A program made the translations under genes and the position numbers. Shown here in pieces: positions 38,778-48,770 of a DNA stretch of 64,000 nt. Origin of the DNA: Candidatus Altimarinota bacterium (GTDB lineage: Bacteria; Patescibacteriota; Gracilibacteria; UBA1369); contig OY782391.1 of NCBI GenBank assembly GCA_963677745.1, forward strand, positions 544,001 through 608,000, in the 5' to 3' direction. The notes under the pieces are model-generated. The model had not been told where the DNA came from, ran no database searches, and worked only from the letters and a program-made list of their open reading frames with translations. The first letter of the stretch is position 1, and the number at the start of each line of letters is the position of its first letter.

Positions 38778-39722
38778 ATGCCACATCCCAAATATCATTT
38801 TTGCGACAAATATAAAGTATCGGTAATTGGTTGTGGTAACGTCGGCGCCACCGCCGCTTACGCCATGCTCCTCAGCGGTACTCCCAATGAAATGACGCTT
38901 ATCGACATCAGCAAAGACCGCGCCGAAGGTATGCTGCTTGATTTTCAGCATTCACTCTCCTTTCTGCCCTACGTCAACGTAACCGCCGGAACAGATTATA
39001 AACTTACCGCCGATTCCGACCTGATCGTAGTGACCGCCGGAGCCAGACAGAAAGAAGGGCAAACCCGTCTGGAACTGATTGAGGCCAACCGCCAAATTTT
39101 CAAACAAATGATCCCCCAGCTGGCCAAACATTCCCCCGATGCTATTTTATTGATTGTAACCAATCCGGTGGACGTCCTGACTCACGAAGCACTGCAACTC
39201 AGTAAATTCCCGGCCAACCGTGTTTTCGGCACGGGCACTATGCTCGACACGGCACGTCTGCAATATCATCTTTCGGAGAAACTGAAGGTCAGTCCACGCG
39301 ACGTACAGGCCTTTATTTTGGGGGAACACGGTGACACCTCTTTCCCGGTCTGGAGTTCCGCCAATGTCGCCGGAAAACCGGTTTTCGATTTCCCGCGCTT
39401 TGATTGCAAAACAGCTGACGTCTGTTACGACGACACCCGCAACGCCGCCTACCGAATCATTCACGACATGGGTTTCACCTGTTATTCCATCGCCATTGTT
39501 ATTCGTGAAATAATGCGCGCTATTTATGAAAACTCCCGCATCGTAGTGCCGCTTTCCACCGAACTGAAAGGAGAATACGGCCTGAAAAACGTGGCCCTCA
39601 GTGTCCCCTGCGTGCTCGGATCCACAGGCATTATCAACAAAATTGAGATACCACTTTCCGCCAAAGAAAAAAGACAGCTGAAAAAATCCGCTGACACACT
39701 GAAAGCACTTTATAAAAAATAG
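38778..39722 (+). CDS. ldh: L-lactate dehydrogenase
   Basis: GCGNVG, TAGARQKEGQTRL (Gln, LDH-type), NPVD, LDTAR, GEHGD. Confidence 0.93.
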   Translation: MPHPKYHFCDKYKVSVIGCGNVGATAAYAMLLSGTPNEMTLIDISKDRAEGMLLDFQHSLSFLPYVNVTAGTDYKLTADSDLIVVTAGARQKEGQTRLELIEANRQIFKQMIPQLAKHSPDAILLIVTNPVDVLTHEALQLSKFPANRVFGTGTMLDTARLQYHLSEKLKVSPRDVQAFILGEHGDTSFPVWSSANVAGKPVFDFPRFDCKTADVCYDDTRNAAYRIIHDMGFTCYSIAIVIREIMRAIYENSRIVVPLSTELKGEYGLKNVALSVPCVLGSTGIINKIEIPLSAKEKRQLKKSADTLKALYKK

Positions 39723-39729
39723 GATTGTC

Positions 39730-41499
39730 ATGGACAACCAACAAATTGCCAGTGTTTTTCAGGAAATTGGCGACCTGCTGGAGATAGACGGCGCCAACCA
39801 TTTCCGCGTCTTGGCCTACCAGAACGCTGCTGAAAATATCCGCGGGCTGGGACGTGAAATCCGCGACATCTGGAAAGAAAATTCCGGAGAACTGGAAAAA
39901 TTACCGGGTGTCGGTGAGGATTTAAGACTGAAAATCGTGGAAATGTTGGCCACCGGAGTCTGTAAATTCCACCAGAAGCTGTTGAAAAAATACGGTCGCG
40001 GACTTCTGGATATTTTGCAGATACGGGGTATCGGCCCCAAAAAAGCCGCGCTTTTTTATCACCAACTGAAAATTGACAATCTGGAAAAACTTAAAGCCGC
40101 CGCTTTGGCACACCAACTAAGTCAACTGCCCCGCATGGGTGAAAAAAGCGAAACGGAAATCCTCACCGCTATCGAGGAACACGCCAAACACAGCCGGCGC
40201 ATGCTGCTTTCAGAGGCCTTGCCGCTGGCCGAAGAACTGGTTGCCCATCTGAGAAAATCCCCACTGGTGGCACTGGTGGAATATGCGGGCAGCCTGCGCC
40301 GGCGCAAAGAAACCGTCGGAGATCTGGACATTCTGGCAACACCCAAAAATCTGCAGGATGCAGAAAAAGTAATCGCCCATTTCCAAAAATTCCCGCAAAT
40401 CAAAAATATTATTGCCAGCGGCCCGACCAAGTGCTCGGTAATTTTGGACAGCGGCGCCCAGGCGGATCTGCGGGTAGTCGAACAAAAATCATTCGGCGCC
40501 GCTTTGCATTATTTCACGGGTTCCAAAGACCACAACGTGGAAATCCGCTCCATCGCCCAGAAAGTCGGACTGAAAATCAACGAATACGGACTTTTCGACC
40601 TGAAACAAAAAGACCGTCATGGTCAACCGGTTGAAAAATTCATCATCGGCGATACGGAAGAAAATTTTTATAAAGCAGTCGGACTGCCTTATATTCCCCC
40701 GACCCTGCGTGAGACCCGCGGCGAATTCCAGGCCGCCCTGCACGGCGAATTGCCGGTGCCGGTGGAACTAACTGATCTGCAGGGAGACCTCAATATCAAC
40801 ACCGCCTTCGGAGAAGGAAAAAACACCCTGAGCGACATCTGCCGGGAAGCCCTTTCCCGAAAATTTACCTATCTTGCTTTCGCCGACAATTACAGCTCGG
40901 AAGAGCTGCCTACAGCCTTTAACGAACAGCGGTTCTCCGAACAACTAAAAGAAATCGAGACATTATCTAAAAAATTCCCTCGTTTACATATTTTTAAATC
41001 CGTTAAGTTGTCGATCGACACGGACGGCGGTCTGTCGCTACCTCCCAAAAATCTTTTGGACCGGCTGGACTTCCTGACCATCAAAATCAACCACAATTTC
41101 AATCTTACCGAGCCGCGCCAGACCGCCCGCGTCCTCCGCGCCCTGTCCGCCCATCCCAAGGTGAAAATGCTTTCCTGTCCCAATGCCCGCCTTCTCAACC
41201 AGCGCGAAGTGATTGCGGTCAATATCGGTAAAATTATCGATTTCTGCGCCCGTTCCGGCCAGATCCTGGAAATAAACAGCCAGCCCGACCGCCTGGACCT
41301 GGCCGACTTCCAGATCAAGCTTGCCGTGCAAAAGAAAGCTCTGCTGGCCGTCAATTCGGACCTCCACGGTCTGGAACAATTTGACTATCTCCAATTTGGA
41401 ATATGGACAGCTCAAAGAGGCTGGGCTGAGAAGAAAAATCTTCTCAACGCCCAGCCTCTAAAATTTGTTTCAGAATTCTTCAGGGAAAAATCAAAATAA
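39730..41499 (+). CDS. polX: DNA polymerase X with degenerate PHP domain
   Basis: HhH motifs, GSLRRRKETVGDLDIL, ADLR, YFTGSKDHN, NEYG; PHP metal ligands substituted. Confidence 0.92.
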   Translation: MDNQQIASVFQEIGDLLEIDGANHFRVLAYQNAAENIRGLGREIRDIWKENSGELEKLPGVGEDLRLKIVEMLATGVCKFHQKLLKKYGRGLLDILQIRGIGPKKAALFYHQLKIDNLEKLKAAALAHQLSQLPRMGEKSETEILTAIEEHAKHSRRMLLSEALPLAEELVAHLRKSPLVALVEYAGSLRRRKETVGDLDILATPKNLQDAEKVIAHFQKFPQIKNIIASGPTKCSVILDSGAQADLRVVEQKSFGAALHYFTGSKDHNVEIRSIAQKVGLKINEYGLFDLKQKDRHGQPVEKFIIGDTEENFYKAVGLPYIPPTLRETRGEFQAALHGELPVPVELTDLQGDLNINTAFGEGKNTLSDICREALSRKFTYLAFADNYSSEELPTAFNEQRFSEQLKEIETLSKKFPRLHIFKSVKLSIDTDGGLSLPPKNLLDRLDFLTIKINHNFNLTEPRQTARVLRALSAHPKVKMLSCPNARLLNQREVIAVNIGKIIDFCARSGQILEINSQPDRLDLADFQIKLAVQKKALLAVNSDLHGLEQFDYLQFGIWTAQRGWAEKKNLLNAQPLKFVSEFFREKSK

Positions 41500-41522
41500 A
41501 CTTTCCCCGAACTTCCCACTCA

Positions 41523-42521
41523 TTAATCAATTTCATAGGTCACCGAGACATTGACCGTAATTTCCTTGCTGCCCGGTTCAACTGCCGGTGCGGGAGAAGA
41601 CATTTCACTGGAGGCCATGTCCCTTACGGCATAATTTGTCGCATACTGGACGGGATAAAACCCGCCGCTATAACCTTCGGAAAAAGTAACAACCCTTCCG
41701 ATTGACACTCCGGCTGCCGAAGCCATCTGAAGTGCCTTGGCCTTGGCCTTGTCAAAAGCCAGTTTGCGGGCTTCCGCCTTGGGTTTGGTCAGATCGTCGA
41801 GATCAAACATCAGTGAACCGACCTGGTTTGCTCCGACTTTGGTGGCACGGTCAATCACATCATCGGTCTTGGTCAGATCGCGAACTTTCACATCCACCGT
41901 CTGATTCAGCGTATAGCCAATAATCTTGGGGGCTTTGTTGGCCAGTTCCGGCTTGGTCGAATCAATGTAAATGGGGGTGTTATAGTCATACTGAGGATAA
42001 AGATCATAGGAAGACGTTTGCATGTCTTCAGCTCTAATGCCCATCTGTTTCAATTCGCCGAGTACGGAATTCATTTTTTTGGTATTGTCTTCGGTCACCT
42101 CTTTGACAGTCTTTCCGGTTGAGGCAACTGACAAAGAAATTCTGGCAATGTCAGGTTTCACCGTAACTTTTCCATCACCGTCCACGGTCACTGTTCGGGC
42201 ATAGGGAGTGTTGGTAAACTCAGCCCGGATGTTTTTATACCAGGGATTCCCCCAGATCTGCATGCCTACAAAAATTGCCATTAATAAAAACAGTACCCCG
42301 GCGGTCACTTTAAGAAAAACCTTGCTGGGACAGGGCCGGTGATGCCAGGCCATCCAGTTTTTGCCGCCACAGTCACAATCTTTTCCGGGCTGGCAGCAAG
42401 CTTCATGACCCATTCCGGATCCACAGGAACATCCTCCGGACATCATCTCCTCATCCATTTTTTTATTTGTCATTTTGGCCATAGGTATTTTTTTAGATTT
42501 TAACGGGTGAAATTCTAGCAT
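41523..42521 (-). CDS. SIMPL (DUF541) domain protein with Cys-rich N-terminus
   Basis: TVTVDGDGKVTVKPDIA, LYPQY, AFDKAKAKA, EPGSKEITVNVSVTY; true start may be 42482. Confidence 0.88.
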   Translation of the reverse strand: MLEFHPLKSKKIPMAKMTNKKMDEEMMSGGCSCGSGMGHEACCQPGKDCDCGGKNWMAWHHRPCPSKVFLKVTAGVLFLLMAIFVGMQIWGNPWYKNIRAEFTNTPYARTVTVDGDGKVTVKPDIARISLSVASTGKTVKEVTEDNTKKMNSVLGELKQMGIRAEDMQTSSYDLYPQYDYNTPIYIDSTKPELANKAPKIIGYTLNQTVDVKVRDLTKTDDVIDRATKVGANQVGSLMFDLDDLTKPKAEARKLAFDKAKAKALQMASAAGVSIGRVVTFSEGYSGGFYPVQYATNYAVRDMASSEMSSPAPAVEPGSKEITVNVSVTYEID

Positions 42522-42563
42522 ATTATTGGGTGGTAATCAAAAAAACTCTTTTTCAGAAAAAAA

Positions 42564-43322
42564 ATGCAGTTCAGCGTTCCACATTACCGGCAGGATTTTT
42601 ACCTGGAGGAAAATCAGGGCAATAACGGATTCGATTTCCGTCAACGTTCCGAAGTCCAGCCCGACCCACGACTGCGGATAGCTTCGCTTATACATTTCAC
42701 AAGTTTCCGGGAAGCTCTTTCTGCCTTGCTGCCCTCCCCCGCCACCACTTTTGAACTGGAGATAGATGGACGGATCAAAAGTTTTGCCGGGTTGAAGAAT
42801 TTTTTAATTTTTCCAAATCCCGAACGACCGGACCGGCCCGTTGTCATTATCGACAACCACAATCACGCCTTCTATTTCTGGCATTGGGCCAAGCTGACCT
42901 TTCGCTTCTCCACGCCATTGCCGTTGATTCATATCGACCAGCACAAAGATTCGCGGATTCCTTCGAGCCTGCTCACCCCCGAAGATTCTGAAAAACTGGA
43001 TAAAGTTTTTGAGTATACCAACCGAACCCTTAATGTCGGTAATTTCATACCTCCCGCCATCAAAAGCGGTTTGATTGAAAAACCGGTCACCATTGATTCT
43101 TCCTCCTCCCTGGATAATTTCACCGTACCTGAAAAACCATATTTGCTGGACATCGACCTGGACTTTTTCGCTCCGGAATTTGACTATATCGACCGTAATA
43201 AAAAAATCTCAATAATACAAAAGCTATTACCCCTGGCGGAACTAGTCACCATCGCCACCTCCCCCTACTTTATTGATCAGTCGGCCGCCGGTCTGGCCCT
43301 CCGAGAGATCTTCCAGAAATAA
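42564..43322 (+). CDS. UPF0489 family protein (arginase/deacetylase-like fold)
   Basis: DNHNHA, IHIDQHKD, NVGNFI, LDIDLDFF, TIATSPYF. Confidence 0.82.
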   Translation: MQFSVPHYRQDFYLEENQGNNGFDFRQRSEVQPDPRLRIASLIHFTSFREALSALLPSPATTFELEIDGRIKSFAGLKNFLIFPNPERPDRPVVIIDNHNHAFYFWHWAKLTFRFSTPLPLIHIDQHKDSRIPSSLLTPEDSEKLDKVFEYTNRTLNVGNFIPPAIKSGLIEKPVTIDSSSSLDNFTVPEKPYLLDIDLDFFAPEFDYIDRNKKISIIQKLLPLAELVTIATSPYFIDQSAAGLALREIFQK

Positions 43323-43325
43323 CGA

Positions 43326-44177
43326 TCAGTTTCCGGCCTCCAGATGACTGCTGCTTTGTATACCCTTAATCTCAACCCTCACACCTGATTCAACCGATTG
43401 CACCGGTCCGCGAACCTGGTTTTGCTCGCCCGCAGGTTCAAGAAAACCGATAATGCTGGCCATCAAGACCACTCCCAACAAAAAGGTCAGAGTCTGCAGC
43501 CAGCGTTTGTCTTTTTTAAAATCTTCATGAAGAGCCGGAATCAAGTCGGAACAGGAAATATAGATAAACATCCCGGCATTAAAAGCCAGCAAAAACGGTA
43601 AGGCCTCCTTCACAGATGACAGAAAATACCAGCCAACCACCGCTCCGATTACCGCAGTCAACCCGGATAAAAAATTATATATAATAGCCTTCCAGAATTT
43701 AAAACCGCTGTGAATCAAGGTAATAAAATCAGCCAGCTCGCTGGGTATTTCATGGAGAATAATGGCCAGAGTCGTCACCATACCCAAACCAAAACTCACG
43801 CTGAAGGCGGCGGCAATCGCCAGACCATCAAAAAAGTTGTGCAGGGAGTCTCCCACCAGCACCAGATAGGCAGCCGGCTGAATCTCCTGTTCGCGGCTGT
43901 GTAAATGAGTATGGTGGTGATACCAGTGAATCATCCTCTCCATCACAAAAAACAGACATATCCCCAAAAGCAACGCGGTATAAAGCTCCTTCCCGGAGTA
44001 AATCTCGACCGCCTCCGGCAACAGATCCATTACAGCAGCAACCAGCATTACACCGGCAGCCATACTTAACAGAGCCCCCCCATAACGATTAGTCAGATAA
44101 TTCTTCCTGAAAAACAGGACGGCGCCAGTCAGAGACATCAGACTGACTATCACGGTCGCCAAAATAGCATTAAACAT
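43326..44177 (-). CDS. ZIP family divalent metal transporter
   Basis: His-rich loop, DSLHNFFDG, ILHEIPSE, DLIPAL. Confidence 0.93.
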   Translation of the reverse strand: MFNAILATVIVSLMSLTGAVLFFRKNYLTNRYGGALLSMAAGVMLVAAVMDLLPEAVEIYSGKELYTALLLGICLFFVMERMIHWYHHHTHLHSREQEIQPAAYLVLVGDSLHNFFDGLAIAAAFSVSFGLGMVTTLAIILHEIPSELADFITLIHSGFKFWKAIIYNFLSGLTAVIGAVVGWYFLSSVKEALPFLLAFNAGMFIYISCSDLIPALHEDFKKDKRWLQTLTFLLGVVLMASIIGFLEPAGEQNQVRGPVQSVESGVRVEIKGIQSSSHLEAGN

Positions 44178-44300
44178 GAACAGACGTTTTAAAACAGAAT
44201 AATTCTACCGAGCAGACTATAACAATAAACCGCTTACCGCAACTATTTGACAAATTCGAAAATTTCGTCCAAACTTAACCCTAATTTTATCGCTACCAAT

Positions 44301-44831
44301 ATGAATAAATTCGAAAAATCTCCCGGTAAAAGCGGCCGCAAAGCAAGGGGAACCATGCAGTGGACCGACCTTCCTCTCCCTGCCGGTGAAAAACCCGCCA
44401 CGAAACCTGAACAGCCGCTTAGTCAGGAGATTCCCAGTCCCACGGTAATAGCCCGGATCGGACTGCGACAAGTCCTTCCGGAGGAACTGGTCACCTACAA
44501 AATTGAACAGTTGTTGACCGCCAATAACGTCGAAGCCGCCTTGACCCTGACCATCAACTATCAAATCACCCTGTCACCGGAGTTGCAGCGCCGGACTGCC
44601 GATCTTTGCGTCCGGAAATTTTTACAAATTGCCCAGTCCGGCGCAGTCCCCCTTCCCGAACCTCAAACGGAAAAAGATTTAAATGTCTGGCTGAAAAGAG
44701 CCGTTAATTATTATCTGGGGGCCAATTACCCGCAGGGAATCTGGGAAGCGGCTGAAGCCATGCTCAAAGCAAACAGATTGGTTGAAAGCAACTTCCTGGC
44801 CAGCGCTTTTCTCAACCGGGACCTGGACTGA
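44301..44831 (+). CDS. Hypothetical helical protein
   Basis: ORF fills the gap between the ZIP gene and cysS; ATG at 44301. Confidence 0.6.
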   Translation: MNKFEKSPGKSGRKARGTMQWTDLPLPAGEKPATKPEQPLSQEIPSPTVIARIGLRQVLPEELVTYKIEQLLTANNVEAALTLTINYQITLSPELQRRTADLCVRKFLQIAQSGAVPLPEPQTEKDLNVWLKRAVNYYLGANYPQGIWEAAEAMLKANRLVESNFLASAFLNRDLD

Positions 44832-44835
44832 TTTA

Positions 44836-46269
44836 CTAAAGATAGGACAATCTCAGCACGTATTTATCACCGGGGGCATCACTTATCAGTATTCCCCTGG
44901 CCAGCAGTTCGGCACGAATCCCGTCGGCCTTTTCATATTCTTTATTGCTCTTGAAAAACAGTCTCTGTTTTATCTTCTCCTGTATCTCGGAATCTTTTTC
45001 CACCCGGGCCAAATTGACCAGATAACGGTCGTAGATCAGTCTGATAAAACCCAATACCCCGTCCAGCTCAAACAAATATTCCTTCAGCAATTTGGCCTGA
45101 ACCGGGTTGATCCTTTTAATCTGCCTGTTCACTTCGGCCAGCAGATTCATCAGTTCGGCAAATGCGCCGCTGACATTCAGATCTTCGTCCATCGCCTCCA
45201 GAAACTTTTGCCTGCTCCCTTCCACCAGACCAGCCGCGTCGAAATCATTTTCTCCGGTCGCGGTAATAAAATCCAGATCGATCAGCGTGTCCAGAATTTT
45301 TTTGGCAATCGCCTGAGCCTCATCCAGCCCCACAAAAGTAAAATTCAGGTTTTGACGGTAATGAACCTTCATCAATACTATCCTTACCAGAATCGGCAAA
45401 TAACCTTTATCGGCAATCTCACGCAAAGTAAAAAAATTGCCCAGAGACTTGGACATTTTCTGCCCTTCGATCAGCAGATGAGCGTTGTGCATCCAATACT
45501 TCACAAAATGCTTGCCGGTACACCCTTCCGACTGGGCAATCTCATTGGTATGATGAGGAAAAACCAGATCCTCTCCTCCACAATGAATATCAAAACTCTC
45601 GCCCAGATATTTCATTGACATGGCTGAACATTCTATATGCCACCCCGGTCGGCCTTTACCGAATTCCGTCTCCCAATAAACATCCCCGTCTTCCTCTTTC
45701 CAGCCCTTCCACAAAACAAAATCATTGGCACTGTCCTTCTCATACTCATCTTTAACGTTCAAACGCTGATCAGCGTTTTCTTTCAAATTCTGCTTGGAAA
45801 GCTCGGCCAATTCTCCATAATTTTCCGACTTGGAAATACTGAAATAAATTGAATCACCCTGTTTATAGGCATAACCCTTTTCCAGCAAAGACCTGATAAT
45901 TGAGATCATTTCCTCAAGATGTTCGGTAGCCCGGGGCATCACGTCCGGCAACCGGACATTGACCGAATCCAAATCTTTTATAAACGCTTCCTCATAAAAA
46001 TCGGTGAATTCCTTCAGCGTCTTCCCGGACTTCTGGCTGTCCCGAATGGTCTTGTCGTCGACATCGGTAATATTCATCACATGTGTTACTTCATAACCGC
46101 GCCAAACCAGATAGCGTTTCAGCATGTCCACAAAAACATAGGCCCGCAGATTCCCCAGATGAACATAGTTGTAGACCGTCGGACCGCAGGAATAAAGACC
46201 AACTTTATTCTTGTGCAGAGGTTTGAACTCCTCCAGTTTTCTGGTCAGCGTGTTGAAAATTTTCAGCAT
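44836..46269 (-). CDS. cysS: Cysteine--tRNA ligase
   Basis: CGPTVY, HLGN, GRPGWHIECSAM, FPHHTNE, KMSKS. Confidence 0.98.
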   Translation of the reverse strand: MLKIFNTLTRKLEEFKPLHKNKVGLYSCGPTVYNYVHLGNLRAYVFVDMLKRYLVWRGYEVTHVMNITDVDDKTIRDSQKSGKTLKEFTDFYEEAFIKDLDSVNVRLPDVMPRATEHLEEMISIIRSLLEKGYAYKQGDSIYFSISKSENYGELAELSKQNLKENADQRLNVKDEYEKDSANDFVLWKGWKEEDGDVYWETEFGKGRPGWHIECSAMSMKYLGESFDIHCGGEDLVFPHHTNEIAQSEGCTGKHFVKYWMHNAHLLIEGQKMSKSLGNFFTLREIADKGYLPILVRIVLMKVHYRQNLNFTFVGLDEAQAIAKKILDTLIDLDFITATGENDFDAAGLVEGSRQKFLEAMDEDLNVSGAFAELMNLLAEVNRQIKRINPVQAKLLKEYLFELDGVLGFIRLIYDRYLVNLARVEKDSEIQEKIKQRLFFKSNKEYEKADGIRAELLARGILISDAPGDKYVLRLSYL

Positions 46270-46313
46270 ATTATATTATTAATAACGTCTGCCGGCATAT
46301 TCGCAAACAGCAT

Positions 46314-46730
46314 CTATTTGAGTCCGTGTTCATTGAAACAATGACTGTATTTTTTATCCTCAACCATTATATGGTTGGCAAACCAGTCGATGGCAAAAGT
46401 GGATACTTCACCAAACAGTTCTTTCAAATCGACATCGGCTACATCCATTCTTTTCAGATATTCCTTCATGGTGCTTCTGTACAGATTGTGCATCTCAATA
46501 TGATGAGAAGCCCCCTCATAGTCGAATTTCTTAAAAAAGGCTTCTTCGGTCTGTAAATGATAAAAAGCATAATCAATCAACTCTTTCAGAATTGCACCCA
46601 GTACGGCCTTGTCGATCTGCAGGGCTTCCAACGAATCAACAATTCTATTGACGATGCTAAAATAATGCTGATGCTGTTCATCAATCATTTTCACGTTGAC
46701 GCTGTAATGTTCATCCCAGATAAATTTCAT
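46314..46730 (-). CDS. Bacteriohemerythrin
   Basis: W..YSVNVKMIDEQH, YHLQTEE, HIEMH, WFANHIMVEDKKY. Confidence 0.92.
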   Translation of the reverse strand: MKFIWDEHYSVNVKMIDEQHQHYFSIVNRIVDSLEALQIDKAVLGAILKELIDYAFYHLQTEEAFFKKFDYEGASHHIEMHNLYRSTMKEYLKRMDVADVDLKELFGEVSTFAIDWFANHIMVEDKKYSHCFNEHGLK

Positions 46731-46800
46731 AGATAGCGCAAATTATGAAAATACTAAAGCGGCAGGCCGATTATAGCATATATATTACTCTCCGCAGACC

Positions 46801-47100
46801 TTATTTTTTGGCAGCTTTTTTACCGGAGGCAGGTTTGCTTTTCTTGTTTTCCTCCTCACTCATCCGAATCACCTGGACGGTCACCACTCCCACCATCACT
46901 CCCAGCACGCCGGCCACCGCCAGCACCGGCACCAGCACCGTACCGATTACACCGATAGTTACGGGTATTTCCAGATAGGTGTTTTTACCTTTTTCATCCA
47001 TAATCCTGATCTTGCGGATGTTACCTTCGTGCAAAAGTTTTTTAAGGTGTTTTACCAAATCCTCCCCCACCACCTTGAAAGTATCATTGTTTTTGTTCAT
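46801..47100 (-). CDS. DUF4342 domain protein
   Basis: LKKLLHEGNIRKIRI..LEIPVTIG..P.LA. Confidence 0.85.
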   Translation of the reverse strand: MNKNNDTFKVVGEDLVKHLKKLLHEGNIRKIRIMDEKGKNTYLEIPVTIGVIGTVLVPVLAVAGVLGVMVGVVTVQVIRMSEEENKKSKPASGKKAAKK

Positions 47101-47167
47101 CGGTTTTTTATTAATATTTATAACCCGATAATACTATATTGCTGCGAAATCACAATCAGCTCAAAAA

Positions 47168-47311
47168 TCAGACGCCAATCGCCTTTACCGCCTCCTCTTT
47201 AGTAATTTCCAGGTAACTGTCGGAAGCCTTGCAGGTGGGACAGGGGCTGGGTCCAGCCACTCCATAATGTATATCTCCGCAGACTTTGCATCTATAGAAT
47301 TTTTTGTTCAT
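47168..47311 (-). CDS. Small rubredoxin-like protein (47 aa), absent from the ORF track
   Basis: MNKKFYRCKVCGDIHYGVAGPSPCPTCKASDSYLEITKEEAVKAIGV*; two CxxC motifs. Confidence 0.85.
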   Translation of the reverse strand: MNKKFYRCKVCGDIHYGVAGPSPCPTCKASDSYLEITKEEAVKAIGV

Positions 47312-47387
47312 TTTTATCAGCTTATAATTTTATTTACCCCCATCATAACACTCCCCCGCCTGTATCGGAAATGATCGGACCGCCCCC

Positions 47388-48059
47388 TCACTTCAACCTA
47401 AACGGATTAAAATCGGTCCGGTAATCATAATGGTCCTCCTGTTCGTCTTTTTTCAGTCTGCCGACTATGAAATAGGTCAGAGGTGCCAAAACCACCTCCA
47501 CACCTATTTTGAAAACATAGTTGGAAATCATGATTGTCCATAATAAATCTTTGCCCAAGACCCCCCCAAAAGCGATCGTCACAAAAAGCAGCGTGTCAAC
47601 CACATAACCAAGTAAAGAAGATCCCCATAACCTTGCCCACAAATGTCGGCCTTTGGTCATCACCTTCATCTTTGCCAAAACATAAGAATTTAAAAATTCC
47701 CCGGCAAAATAAGCAATCAGACTGGCCGCGACTATTCGGGGGGTCATTCCCAGGATAGTGTCATAAGCAGACTGTCCCTGCCACTCCGCCGACGACGGAA
47801 GCCAGCCCACCAACATGATGGTTAACATCGCAAACAACAGCAGAAAGAAACCTGTCCAGATCACCTCCCGTGATTTCTCATAACCGTAGACCTCGGTCAA
47901 AATATCCCCAAAAATATAGCTAAGGGGGAAAAGCACGGTCCCCCCGTCAAAAGTAAACGGCCCCAGTACCAGAATCTTGGAGGAAACAATATTGGAGGCC
48001 AGCAGAATCACGGCGAAAAAAGCCGTAATCAGACTCAAATATTTGTAATTTTTATTCAT
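47388..48059 (-). CDS. Queuosine precursor transporter (YhhQ/DUF165)
   Basis: SNIVSSK, FPLSYIFGDILTEVYG, PRIVAASLIAY, DTLLFVTIAF. Confidence 0.92.
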   Translation of the reverse strand: MNKNYKYLSLITAFFAVILLASNIVSSKILVLGPFTFDGGTVLFPLSYIFGDILTEVYGYEKSREVIWTGFFLLLFAMLTIMLVGWLPSSAEWQGQSAYDTILGMTPRIVAASLIAYFAGEFLNSYVLAKMKVMTKGRHLWARLWGSSLLGYVVDTLLFVTIAFGGVLGKDLLWTIMISNYVFKIGVEVVLAPLTYFIVGRLKKDEQEDHYDYRTDFNPFRLK

Positions 48060-48179
48060 TAAAAATTTTTATAACCAAAACCAGATTTGTTTTACTCCGG
48101 GAAAGGAACTTTGTCACTAACCGCTCTTGATGCTATCATTTCCCCAGTGGCACGCCCTTCTTTCCTGACCATTTCACCT

Positions 48180-48770
48180 ATGATTTTCACACCCCTCATC
48201 TATAAGGCCCTCAACACCGCAGCGCGGTTGCATCAGGATCAACAGCGCAAAGCCCTCGACCAGCCTTACATTGTGCATCCGGTAGGCGTGGCCATGATTC
48301 TGTCCCGTTACACCGACGATCAAAACATAATTGCCGCGGCCCTGCTCCACGACGTGCTGGAAGATGTTCCCTCCTATAATGAAAATGATATGTTACGGGA
48401 TTTCGGACCGGACATTGTCCGCACCGTGAAGGAAGTCAGCGAAAAAAAAGACCCCCGTCATCCCGACAACACGCCCGGCAACTGGAAACAGCGTAAAGAA
48501 GGGTATTTGGCCAATCTTCAGCATGATTCCGAAGCCGCCCTGCTGGTCTGCGCCGCGGATAAAATTCACAATCTGATATCCCTGCGCGAGTCTTATCAGA
48601 TCCTGGGAGTAAAAGCTTTCAGTTTTTTTCACACCACCACCGGAGACAAACTCTGGTTTTACCGTTCTGTTCTGGAAATATTAAAAAACCATCTCCAAAA
48701 CCCCATTGTGGATGAGCTGTCTCAACTGCTGGCAACGGTGGAACTGGAAGTTGAAGCTCTGGAAAAATAA
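48180..48770 (+). CDS. Small alarmone hydrolase-like HD protein (RelA/SpoT hydrolase domain, Mesh1-like)
   Basis: HQDQQRK..PYIVHPVGVA..AALLHDVLED..ADKIHNL; ATG 48180. Confidence 0.88.
   Translation: MIFTPLIYKALNTAARLHQDQQRKALDQPYIVHPVGVAMILSRYTDDQNIIAAALLHDVLEDVPSYNENDMLRDFGPDIVRTVKEVSEKKDPRHPDNTPGNWKQRKEGYLANLQHDSEAALLVCAADKIHNLISLRESYQILGVKAFSFFHTTTGDKLWFYRSVLEILKNHLQNPIVDELSQLLATVELEVEALEK

Noticed and set aside
48060-48130. preQ1 riboswitch upstream of the YhhQ transporter
   Set aside because: No recognisable preQ1-I stem, loop or A-rich tail
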